The position numbers and the translations under genes were made by a program. The notes beneath the pieces are model-generated. The model saw only the letters and a list, made by a program, of their open reading frames with translations, was not told where the DNA came from and searched no databases. Shown in pieces: positions 36,518 to 45,652 of a DNA stretch of 63,732 nucleotides. The stretch is from a virus. Its lineage: Duplodnaviria > Caudoviricetes. The stretch covers positions 1 to 63,732 of IMG/VR virus record IMGVR_UViG_3300031454_000243; one strand, written 5' to 3'. Position 1 is the first letter of the stretch, and each line of letters begins with the position of its first letter.

Positions 36518-37918
36518 TCAGTCCTTTCGCTCACGGGTCACGGCCACACCGGCCGGGATGGTCTGTCGCGTCGCCTCAGGGCCGAGGACCGGGTCACGCA
36601 CCGCACCCACCGGGACCACGGTCGCCCGCGTCGCCGTGAGGACCGCCACCGCCACCCGGAGGGCACCGAGGGACGGGACGGCCGCCCGGATCGCCACAGG
36701 GCCGGGGACGAACGCACGGACGGCATCACCGATCCCGACGGCCGCCTGTGATGTCGACACCGAACTGGCCGGTGGGGCCGAGATGGTCAGGATCGTGACG
36801 CCCGTCGCGGTCGAGACGGCTTGAACCGAGGTGGCCGCTGGCGGCGGGATGACCACCCACAGCGTCACCGTCGGCGCCAGCGCCACGCTTGACGGCGAGA
36901 GCGATGTCGCCTCGCCCGTCGGGGCCGGGGCCGTCAGCGTGACGAGTGATGGCCCGGCGGCGGCCGTCGCCTGCCGGACCGAGGTCGCTGACGGTGCCGG
37001 GATGACCATGACGAGGGCGACTGCCGGAACTGTCGAGGAGGCCGACTGCGCGTTGGTGCCGATCACGCTGGTTGGTGCGGGAGCGGTCGTTGTCAGGGAG
37101 GAGGCCGCCGCCGCCGCGGTCGCTATCCGAACGGAAGTGGCGACTGGGGTGGCGGTCGATGCCGTCAGGGTCGCCGCCGGTGCCACGGAGGCAACCGATC
37201 CCGCACCCGCCGTCGCGGTCGCTGTGGGGGCTGGTGCCGTGATCGTGAGCGTCGAAGCCGCTGCGCTGCCGATAGCGGCCTGAACCGTCGTGCTGGACGC
37301 TGCGGGCGCCGTGAGGGCGACGATGGCCGCCCCCGCCGCAGCCGAGGCCACCAGCACCACCGCGGACGCCGCGGTCGGTGCGCTGGCCGTCAGGGTCGCG
37401 GGATCGGCCGTCGAGGTGGCGCCCTGGACCGTCGAGGCGCCCGCAGCCGGGGCCGTGATCGTGAGTGGTGAGGCTGGAGACGTCGAACTGGCCATGAGGA
37501 CGACGGAGGATGCCGGGGCCGGTGTGGTGGCCGTGACGATGCTGACGGAGGCCGTGCCGGTGGCGAGGCGGACGGCGCTCGAGGTCGGCGTCGGTGTCGT
37601 GGTGGTCAGGGCGACGGCGGCGGTCCCGGCCGTGGCGAGTTGAACCGCTGTGCTGACCGGCGCTGGTGCGCTGGCCGTGAGCGTGGATGCGGTCGCCGAC
37701 GATGACGCCTGCCGGACGTTGGCGCTGGACGGAGCCGGGGCGGCCGTGGCGAGCGTCGTGACGGATGTGGTCGCAGAGGCGAGCCGAATTACGGTCGAGA
37801 CGGCCGTCGGAGCGGACGCGGTCAGGGTGACAACCGACGCCGAGGACGACGTGCTCGTAGCAGTCGTCTCGACGCCGTATGAACCGGTCCCGTAGACGCC
37901 GACCCCGAAGACGGCCAT
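36518..37918 (-). CDS. Ala/Thr/Ser-rich fibre protein with about 15 x 24-aa repeats
   Basis: FGVGVYGTGSYG start; repeat S..A....LT..AP.P....V..A. Confidence 0.7.
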   Translation of the reverse strand: MAVFGVGVYGTGSYGVETTATSTSSSASVVTLTASAPTAVSTVIRLASATTSVTTLATAAPAPSSANVRQASSSATASTLTASAPAPVSTAVQLATAGTAAVALTTTTPTPTSSAVRLATGTASVSIVTATTPAPASSVVLMASSTSPASPLTITAPAAGASTVQGATSTADPATLTASAPTAASAVVLVASAAAGAAIVALTAPAASSTTVQAAIGSAAASTLTITAPAPTATATAGAGSVASVAPAATLTASTATPVATSVRIATAAAAASSLTTTAPAPTSVIGTNAQSASSTVPAVALVMVIPAPSATSVRQATAAAGPSLVTLTAPAPTGEATSLSPSSVALAPTVTLWVVIPPPAATSVQAVSTATGVTILTISAPPASSVSTSQAAVGIGDAVRAFVPGPVAIRAAVPSLGALRVAVAVLTATRATVVPVGAVRDPVLGPEATRQTIPAGVAVTRERKD

Positions 37919-37921
37919 CGG

Positions 37922-38899
37922 TTAGACGAACCCGCCGACGACGCGCATCCGGTCCGAAGTCGTCGCCGGGACGCCCTGCCCGACCAGGATCGCCAGTGCC
38001 TTGGTCCTGACGTTGGCGTTCATCTGGGTGACGGAGGCCGCAAAGTCCACCGTGATGTCGGCCCCCACCTGATAGCCGGACGATGTGGCAATCGACAAAC
38101 CCGCGTTGAGTCCGCCGGTGCCGTTGGGCTGGGAGCTCGTGACCGCAACGAGGATGTCCATAACGGCGTGCTCCTACCGGGTCAGCCCGGTGATGGTCAG
38201 GGCAAACAGGTCGATGTTGGCGAAGCGTCCCGTTGTGGTCGTGCCGAGGATGGTGAAGAACGGCTGGAGGATCTTGCCAACGACCGGCAGGTTGGTCGTC
38301 ATCACCACCTCCGTCCCGGCGTTCAGGGTAAAGCCGATGCTGGTCGCGCCGATCCGGCGCATCCGCACGTTCAGCCATTGCTGCGCCGTCACCGTGACCC
38401 CGGCCGTGGTTCGCGTCGAGGTGCTGCTGTTCCGGGTGACGAAGAACCACTCCGTGTCAGCGGCAAGCTTCTCGATGAACACGCCGTCACCCGGCGGGTT
38501 GGCGCCGAGGGCGTTCGTTCCCGCCCCGGCCCGGAACTGAACGTCGGCCCCGGCCGATCCCGTGGGCATCTGGAAGATGAATGTCAGGTCGAACAGGTCG
38601 GCGGCGTCGAACCCGCTCGACAGGACGTGGGCGCAGAGCGTGTTGGCGGTCGCTCCGCTCCCGCGGGTGAGGATGCCGGGATGACCGGCGACCGCAGTGG
38701 ACGATGCCCCGGTGGTGCCGCCGTTGGTCTGCCACTGGAGTGAGCCGACACCACCGTTCCCGACGAACTCATCGGAGAGGTAGCTGGTCGTGGCGGTGGG
38801 GGCCGCCACCCAGTTGCCATTCTCCAACGCGACCTGTAGCTCATTGATGTCGTTGGCGACGATGGTCTCGCCGTCCACCTGTCGGGTAAAGGCGGGCAC
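37922..38899 (-). CDS. Two putative structural genes (37922-38161; 38174-38899, beta-rich lectin-like)
   Basis: G.TI.A.DINELQ.A.E N-terminus typical of fibre proteins; TTNLP. Confidence 0.6.
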
Positions 38900-38902
38900 G
38901 GC

Positions 38903-39349
38903 TTAGGTCGCCAGCCGGACGATGCCGGTCGCGTCGAACACGATGGTCGCCGTGCCGCCGTTGGAGGCGGTCTGGTCGGCGCTCTCCACGCCCCACGCGA
39001 TCACCGGCGACGTGGCGTCGGTGCCGGTGTCGCTGTAGATCACGTACACACGATACGTAAGCGTCTGACCCGCTCCGGTCGTCCAGACCACGTCGGCGGC
39101 GTCCAGTGGCGTCGTGTCGGTGGCGGCGTCATAGGCGGCGGTCTTGGAGCCGAGCGTCAGGCCCCGCAGCGTGTAGCCGGCGCCGGTGGGCAGCTCGCCC
39201 GTCACGTCCGACTTGTAGATCGTCGTGTCCTTGTTCGGCACGAACGTCGAGGCGCAGAGCATGATCTTGATCGGGCCGGTGAGCCAGTTGACGCGAGCGG
39301 CGGCGAGGTGGCCGCCGAAATTTCCAGCAGCGGTGGATGTGAAGGCCAC
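38903..39349 (-). CDS. Phage structural (fibre-cluster) protein
   Basis: NW....IK.ML, E...GAGYT.G..L, DAADV.W, VIY.DTG....SP.IA; AAGGAG RBS before GTG. Confidence 0.75.
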   Translation of the reverse strand: MAFTSTAAGNFGGHLAAARVNWLTGPIKIMLCASTFVPNKDTTIYKSDVTGELPTGAGYTLRGLTLGSKTAAYDAATDTTPLDAADVVWTTGAGQTLTYRVYVIYSDTGTDATSPVIAWGVESADQTASNGGTATIVFDATGIVRLAT

Positions 39350-39481
39350 GGGGTTACTCCTTGTCTGTGGTTGGTGTCCAGGTAAAGCGAGCGCCCTGCG
39401 TCTCGACCGGTGACTCCGGGACACCCCAGAGCCGATAGGCTTTCCAGCCCCGAGGGACGATGTGCCAGATCCTTGGGACGG

Positions 39482-40956
39482 TCATGTGCGCTCCTGTTCA
39501 TCTACCGGGGAGTCCAGCTCCCACTCGTCAATCGACACGATGAGCCGCTTGCCCACCTGGCGCTGGTAGCGTTCGGCGAATCGTTCGGCGAGGTCTGTGG
39601 TCGAAAATATCGCCACGATGGTGGTCTCGATGTCGATCAGTCCGATGTGATCGGGCCGCTCCGATGTGACCACATGGACGACCCTCGTCATGGCGCGATC
39701 TTCCGGCCTAATGACATTTCGAGATTGTCCGGCAGGTCCTGAACGAACTGGACGGCATCCCGGAAGCCATCGACATCACGGACATTGAGGGTCACGGGAT
39801 TGGTCAGCTTGACGGTCGGTCCGGTGATCGTGGCGAAGTGGTCAGATCGAACGGTGCCGGTGTCACCACAGGTCACCTGATAGGTGAACGGCGACCACCA
39901 CGGGCTAAACGGTACGACCGGACGCGTGGGGACGGACGGGTAGTACGGCGGGTGATACGGGTAGACCGGGTACGGCTGCGGGACCACCTGCGGTCGGCTC
40001 TTGAGAACGGCGACCTCGGCGGACAGCCGGGCGATCTCGGCCCGGAGCAGCCGAATCTCTCGTGCCAGTTCGCTCGGCTCGTTCTGCCGGACGGTCTTCG
40101 TGATGGTGTCGAGGGCTTCGTCAATCGTGGTCATGCCCTTACCCCTTTGCCTTCTCAACCGCTTCGATCAGCGCCTTAAGAGCGAGTTGCGGGGTGGCGC
40201 CCCGAGCAGAGTCAATGCCCTCCACGTAGTCGTAGTGATCGCGACCAAGCCGGGCTTCATACCCATCCCAGTTCAACCGGAAATCGTAGTAGCGCTTGAT
40301 CAAGATCATGCTGAGATCAGCAGAAAGCAGTGACTCCAAGCGGTCGTCAATCGTCGTCATCTCTTCCCCCGTTGGCCGACCAGCATCGCCACACAGAGCA
40401 GGATGGTCAGGCAGATCAACGCAACGCAGAACGCAATCGATCCGTCGCTCATGCCGCGTCTCCTTCCGGTGTCGCCGCTTCCCGGCGGACGGTGTCGCGC
40501 AGATCGTCCAGCAGGACCAACAGGTCGTCGGGCAACGCGATGATGACCAGCTCGTTGCGGTTCCACGAAGCTGACAGGTCGGTGGTAATTCGCGTCATGG
40601 GGCCGCCGTCCGGTCGCTGGAGGCCGATGACAATTGGGTATTCATTCGGAATCCGGAGTGCAACCATCATGGCGTTACCTCCCGGATGGCGTCTCGGAGT
40701 GCGATGGCGGCGACGAAGCCCGCTGCACCGCTGTCTCAATCGGGGGGGTGGCGGACGAATCGGAGGTGGTTGAGGTAGTCGTCAGATCCCGCTCAACGAC
40801 ATGCCGCGCGTGAAGCATGTTTTCGAAGGCCAAGTCCAACTGCCAACCATCGACCGCGCCTCGTGTCTCGTCACGGGCTTGAAGCCGGCCGAGCGACTTC
40901 GCTGCTTCCTCGAACTGGTCAAGACGAATCCTCATTGGCCAACTGATACCGGTCAT
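39482..40956 (-). CDS. Run of small hypothetical genes (39482-39691, 39688-40134, 40139-40360, 40357-40452, 40449-40670, 40675-40956)
   Basis: Coupled short ORFs between portal and fibre cluster. Confidence 0.5.
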
Positions 40957-42683
40957 GGCTGGATTGCTCCTTGATTGAATCCCAGAATCGTCAGGTCATC
41001 CCGCGCCGCCTGTTCCGCCGTCAGTGCCGTGATCTCCTCCTCCGACAGCCCCATGCGCCGCCACTGGGTTGTCGTCATGGCGGACAAGCCGGTCACCCAG
41101 TTGGACCGCATCTGCATGGCACGCTCGTACGCTTCCGTGCCCTCAGCGGGCGGCACATCTTCGATCAGGGGCCGTCGGGAAATTGACAGGGCAATCGCCC
41201 CTCGGGCATAGCTGTCCAGCCCGACCGGCACACCGCTGTCCTGCCACGTCACATTGCCGTCCCCGTCCGTCACGGCCACGGTCTCGGTGATGCGGAACAG
41301 CGCCTGAGCCCGGGTCAGGGTGCCGTCGGGTGCGTCCCAGTCGCCGCCGTTGGCGCGGTGACAGCCGATCGAGACCAGCATCTGCATGATCTTCGTGACG
41401 GCGGTGTCGAGGTTGCCCATCGTCTCGTCGTACCGGGCCCGCACGTCCCCGATCATGCCCTCGGCGCCCGGTCCCGTGACCTGCGACATCGCCCGGAGCT
41501 GCTGATCCATCACGATCTCGGGCAGGTCCGCCTCGACCTCGGCGATCAGGGCGTCGATCCGGGCCTGCACCGACGCCAGGTCCATCGTGCCGAGCAGGCT
41601 CTCGACGCGGCCGTTCTCCCCGTCCCAGTGCAGGTAGCGGATGCCACTCTCGGTCGCATCGACGCGGGACGGACGATCGGGGCGGGATGGACCAAACAGC
41701 TGCCCCAATCGGTCCAGGAACCCTTGATCACCGGTTCGCAGAGCTTCGCGCCGGGCATTCTCGACAGCCTGCTGCTCCTGAATGTTGTGGAGCTTGCCGT
41801 TCTGTCCGAAGAACACGCGGGGTTCGTTCAGCCTCTTGCCGATCCAGGCTTCCGCGAAAGCGCCCAGCGCGTTGATCCGGTCGATCTTGCCCAGCGTCGC
41901 GCTCACCAGCGACACGCCGAACACGCGGCTTCCCCGCAACCGGCCCACCACCCAGACGCCGGGGCAGAAGCCGTAGCCGTGGCGGTCGGTCCGCTCCAGC
42001 TTGTCGTCGCGGTACCAGCGGGTCTCGCGGTTGTCCACTTCCTTGCGGAAGGCGTAGGAGCCGCGCTCATCCTTCGTGGTGAACGCCAGCACGTACCGCT
42101 TGACGTCGCCCCGGCTGTTGAGGGCGACATCCGCCACCTGCCAGAGCGGGATCACCTCGGCCGTGACCTTGCGCCGCTCCGGGTCGCCGGACAGGTCGTC
42201 GTGAATCTCGACGAACTGCGAGCCGAGCAGCTGCGTCCGGGCGACCAGCGCGGGGAGCACCGAGCGGAAGTTGCTCCACGTCAGCGCCTGGAACGCGGCC
42301 GCCACGACCAGCGGCCGCGCCTGCCAGACATCGTCCGGAACCGGGATCAGGTTGGGCGTGCCGTCGGGCAGCGGTCGCCCGTCCTCGGTCCACGTCCCCC
42401 GGTAGAGATGCCCGGCATACCAGTCCACGGCTCGCTGAACCGGGTTATAAACGGCACGGATGTACTTCGGCAGGTTGTGGCGCTTCTTGTAGCTGGCCCA
42501 GTACGCCCAATCCTGTTCATCGTAGGCGCGGCCGTCGGCCCACGCCTCCAGCACCGCCCACGACTGTCGCCGTGCCGAGAACGCATCCGCTACCGAGACC
42601 TCGGGCGATTCGACCGTCGTATCACTCTGACGGAGTGCCCCGCCGATGGCGCGGGCGGTGGCGAGCGTGCCTTCAAAGGCCAT
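40953..42683 (-). CDS. Portal protein
   Basis: 576 aa; YNPV.R.VD.Y, HGYGFCP.V, helical C-terminal half; position. Confidence 0.85.
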   Translation of the reverse strand: MAFEGTLATARAIGGALRQSDTTVESPEVSVADAFSARRQSWAVLEAWADGRAYDEQDWAYWASYKKRHNLPKYIRAVYNPVQRAVDWYAGHLYRGTWTEDGRPLPDGTPNLIPVPDDVWQARPLVVAAAFQALTWSNFRSVLPALVARTQLLGSQFVEIHDDLSGDPERRKVTAEVIPLWQVADVALNSRGDVKRYVLAFTTKDERGSYAFRKEVDNRETRWYRDDKLERTDRHGYGFCPGVWVVGRLRGSRVFGVSLVSATLGKIDRINALGAFAEAWIGKRLNEPRVFFGQNGKLHNIQEQQAVENARREALRTGDQGFLDRLGQLFGPSRPDRPSRVDATESGIRYLHWDGENGRVESLLGTMDLASVQARIDALIAEVEADLPEIVMDQQLRAMSQVTGPGAEGMIGDVRARYDETMGNLDTAVTKIMQMLVSIGCHRANGGDWDAPDGTLTRAQALFRITETVAVTDGDGNVTWQDSGVPVGLDSYARGAIALSISRRPLIEDVPPAEGTEAYERAMQMRSNWVTGLSAMTTTQWRRMGLSEEEITALTAEQAARDDLTILGFNQGAIQP

Positions 42684-43513
42684 CAGGCGGCCTCACTCTC
42701 GGCGAATAGCGGTCCGTGCCATTTGGCGATCCGCTCTCGTGCCATCTGTGCATAGGCGGGATTGAGTTCGACCCCAATAGACTTACGGCCCAACTTCTCA
42801 CTGACAAGCGCCACGGTTCCGGCACCTGCGAACGGATCGAACACCATATCGCCCGGACGGCTGCCAGCGAGGATGCACGTCTCCGCCAGTTCTTCTGGGA
42901 AGGTAGCGAAGTGGGCGCCCTTGAACGGCTTGGTTGTGATCGTCCAGACGTTGCGCTTGTTACGAGTCAACCGAACCGCACGATCCAGCAACGACACGCG
43001 CCCCTGACCATTTATGCCTGTCTTTCCCCGGGTGAAGGTGGAACCGGCGTCGCCCCGCACCTGATCCTCGGCAATAGCGTCGGCGTCGTAGTAATAGCTA
43101 CTGCGTTTTGCCAGCAGAAAGATGTGCTCGTGGGCCGATGTCGGCCGGTCGCGCACGCTTTCAGGCATCGGGTTGGGCTTATGCCAGATGATGTCAGAGC
43201 GCAGAATCCAGCCATCTGACTGCAAGGCGAGCGCAACCCGAGACGGCACGAGCAGCAACTGCTTGCCCGGCCCATACGAATCCCCGAGATTAAGGAAAAC
43301 CGTGCCATCGTCGGCCAGTATCCGCCGCATCTCGCGGAACACGGCGACCAGTGCAGTGACGTAGGCATCGGCCGTCGGTTCCTTGCCGATCTCGGCATCA
43401 CCACCATCGTATTGACGCAGCCCGAAGTAGGGCGGACTAGTACAAACCATCTGGACAGAGCCGGCGCCCATCCCGGCCAGAACGGCTCGGCAGTCCCCCA
43501 CGATGATGCTCAT
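42683..43513 (-). CDS. DNA methyltransferase (N4/N6, beta class, SPPY)
   Basis: TSPPY, IIWHKPNPMPES, HFATFP, DPFAGAGT. Confidence 0.92.
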   Translation of the reverse strand: MSIIVGDCRAVLAGMGAGSVQMVCTSPPYFGLRQYDGGDAEIGKEPTADAYVTALVAVFREMRRILADDGTVFLNLGDSYGPGKQLLLVPSRVALALQSDGWILRSDIIWHKPNPMPESVRDRPTSAHEHIFLLAKRSSYYYDADAIAEDQVRGDAGSTFTRGKTGINGQGRVSLLDRAVRLTRNKRNVWTITTKPFKGAHFATFPEELAETCILAGSRPGDMVFDPFAGAGTVALVSEKLGRKSIGVELNPAYAQMARERIAKWHGPLFAESEAA

Positions 43514-43914
43514 CCCGCATCCTCCTCATCCGGCGTCAGTTCCGGCACCACGTCGCCCACGGGCGCATCATCCGCCGGCTCCGGCTCCGGCATCGGTGGC
43601 AGGTCCGCGATGGCCGCCAGCACTGCGTCGGCGGCCTCACGCTTCGTCGCGCCGCCCAGCCGCAGCGTGCCCGCTGGTTGCCGCCACGCCTCCAGCTCGT
43701 ACCGGTGGGTTCCCACGGGCAGCTTGTGCGGCTCACGGTGGAAGTAGAGGGTCCAGTCCCAACCCGCCGCCTCGATGCCGTCCAGCGCCTCGCTCAGGCG
43801 GTCGGGGGCGGTGATGGTGGCGGTTTCATGAATCGTGGTTTCGGGATGATCTTGAGCATAATCCTCGGTAACGAATTGCCCGTTTCCCGCATCCCGGCTC
43901 CGCGTGGTCATCAT
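43510..43914 (-). CDS. Hypothetical protein
   Basis: RDAGNGQFVT..YA..HP.TT motif; ATGA-coupled. Confidence 0.6.
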   Translation of the reverse strand: MMTTRSRDAGNGQFVTEDYAQDHPETTIHETATITAPDRLSEALDGIEAAGWDWTLYFHREPHKLPVGTHRYELEAWRQPAGTLRLGGATKREAADAVLAAIADLPPMPEPEPADDAPVGDVVPELTPDEEDAG

Positions 43915-44405
43915 GAATCCTCCGGAAAGTTGACTGCGGCAAAGTTGCCCCGGGACTCTATTGCGGCCTTGTCGTAAGCTCGTGCTGCTTCCTCGGGCGT
44001 GGGAAAGGTGCCCAGATGCATACTTCCGCCGACCCCTTGAATCGCGGCACTCCATGATTGACGAGACCCGACCCGATGCACACCTCGATAGCCCGTTGAA
44101 TTGGTTCGAGGGAATCGTCGATTCCATGCGTTTTCTCGCGCCGTGCAGATGCGGAGATTGATGCGACGATTGTCGAGACCATCACCATTGATATGGTCAA
44201 CCCAGATGGATGGGTCTGTGACTCCAAGAACTAATCTATGGAGTTTCTGAGCCCTACGGCTCTCATCTGTGGTGACATTACGCGCGGCATAAAAGGTGTA
44301 CCGTCCCTGTCGCGCGTGCCACCTGTAAGGCAACACCAGCTCGGCATCTTCCTCATCAATGAGGGCGACCTTGCCTTGTGTGAGCGGAACACGGATGATG
44401 GACAT
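43911..44405 (-). CDS. HNH-AP2 endonuclease
   Basis: [30 protein letters not shown]...HLGTF.T.EEAARAYD; possible in-frame upstream start at 44513. Confidence 0.92.
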   Translation of the reverse strand: MSIIRVPLTQGKVALIDEEDAELVLPYRWHARQGRYTFYAARNVTTDESRRAQKLHRLVLGVTDPSIWVDHINGDGLDNRRINLRICTARENAWNRRFPRTNSTGYRGVHRVGSRQSWSAAIQGVGGSMHLGTFPTPEEAARAYDKAAIESRGNFAAVNFPEDS

Positions 44406-44513
44406 AGCTGCTCTCCTGGTGACACAGGGCGAGTGGTTAGGGGCTGACTCCGGCGTTACCAGCGCCGGGTCATCCCCGTAATTATACCCCATTGGGAAGC
44501 CATAAATGTTCAT

Positions 44514-45150
44514 TTAGAGGGCCTCCATCATCGTCCTAAACAACACCACCGCGCCGATCAGCACCGTCAGGGCGAACAGCAGACTCAGCACCGCCCCCAC
44601 GACCGTCACGCAGGCCAGGACGACCAGCCCGCGCGCCTGATCCCACCGGGGCGACCGCAGCGCGTCGTCGGCGACTACCGCCATCCGTGCCCGGATCGGC
44701 TGCCGGGGCGGACGTGGGGCGGGCTGGGCCGTGGCGAGGGGGAACGGATTTGATGGACCGGGGCGCAGATCGTAGTCATCGTCGTAGTCAAGGCCGGTGG
44801 TGTCGGCGTAGATGTCGCCATGGCTCGTCGTGGTCATGCGGCCTCCGGATAGTCGGCATTGCCGGCAGTGACGGTCCGGTTGAAGAATGTGTCGCTTGGC
44901 CAGCGATCGGTCTTGCCCGACGCCCGATAGATGAACTTGACCCATCCGGGCTGGCCTGGATTCTCTCGGTGGAAGTTGATGAATAGGTATTCGGCACCAC
45001 TGTGGATATCGCGATACATCATCATCTTTATCGCTCATCCTCCTCATCCGGCAGATCGCGCACCAGCGCCAGCCAGCACCACGCCAGGAATCCGGTCGAC
45101 ACGGCCGCCACGGCCAGCAGGGCGGCGATCAGGGTCATCGTGTCGGTCAT
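44514..45150 (-). CDS. Three small genes (44514-44837 with TM, 44834-45037, 45034-45150 TM peptide)
   Basis: ATGA-coupled short ORFs. Confidence 0.45.
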
Positions 45151-45422
45151 GGCTGCACCTCCCGTTGGACCGGCATGGGGATCAGGCCGTGATGGACGGC
45201 CTGAAACAGCAGTCCCGCCAGCGTCCCGGAGTAGGACGATTTCGTACGGATGTTATGAACGTGATTCTTGACCGTTTCTTGCGTGATCCCCATCTCGCGG
45301 GCGGTCTCCGAATGGGACAATCCCTGACTGGCAAACACAAGGGTCTCTACCTCACGGGGAGACAGTCTCCAAACATTGGACGTGCTGATCAGCCAGGCAT
45401 CGGTCACGTTTGGCGTGCTCAT
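45147..45422 (-). CDS. LuxR-type HTH protein
   Basis: LSPREVE.L...SQGLS..E.A..MGI..ETVKNHV.NI..K. Confidence 0.85.
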   Translation of the reverse strand: MSTPNVTDAWLISTSNVWRLSPREVETLVFASQGLSHSETAREMGITQETVKNHVHNIRTKSSYSGTLAGLLFQAVHHGLIPMPVQREVQP

Positions 45423-45652
45423 CCGACCGCCTCCACTTCCTGACGCCAGCGCCGGGTCTCCGCAGGACGGTCCTGTCGCGCCTTGCGGTCTCGACACATC
45501 CCGCAGGAACACACGAGGTTGTATTTCGCGAACCGACCCGGTGATCCCAACCAGGGATGATTGCCAGCCCATTCGTCCCGAACGATCCGCAACCGACGGG
45601 CGATAACGCGCTCCCGGTGATGACGTCGCTCGGCGTCTGTGCGATTGGTCAT
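45419..45652 (-). CDS. Small basic protein with CSCGMC motif
   Basis: Coupled to the terL stop. Confidence 0.6.
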   Translation of the reverse strand: MTNRTDAERRHHRERVIARRLRIVRDEWAGNHPWLGSPGRFAKYNLVCSCGMCRDRKARQDRPAETRRWRQEVEAVG

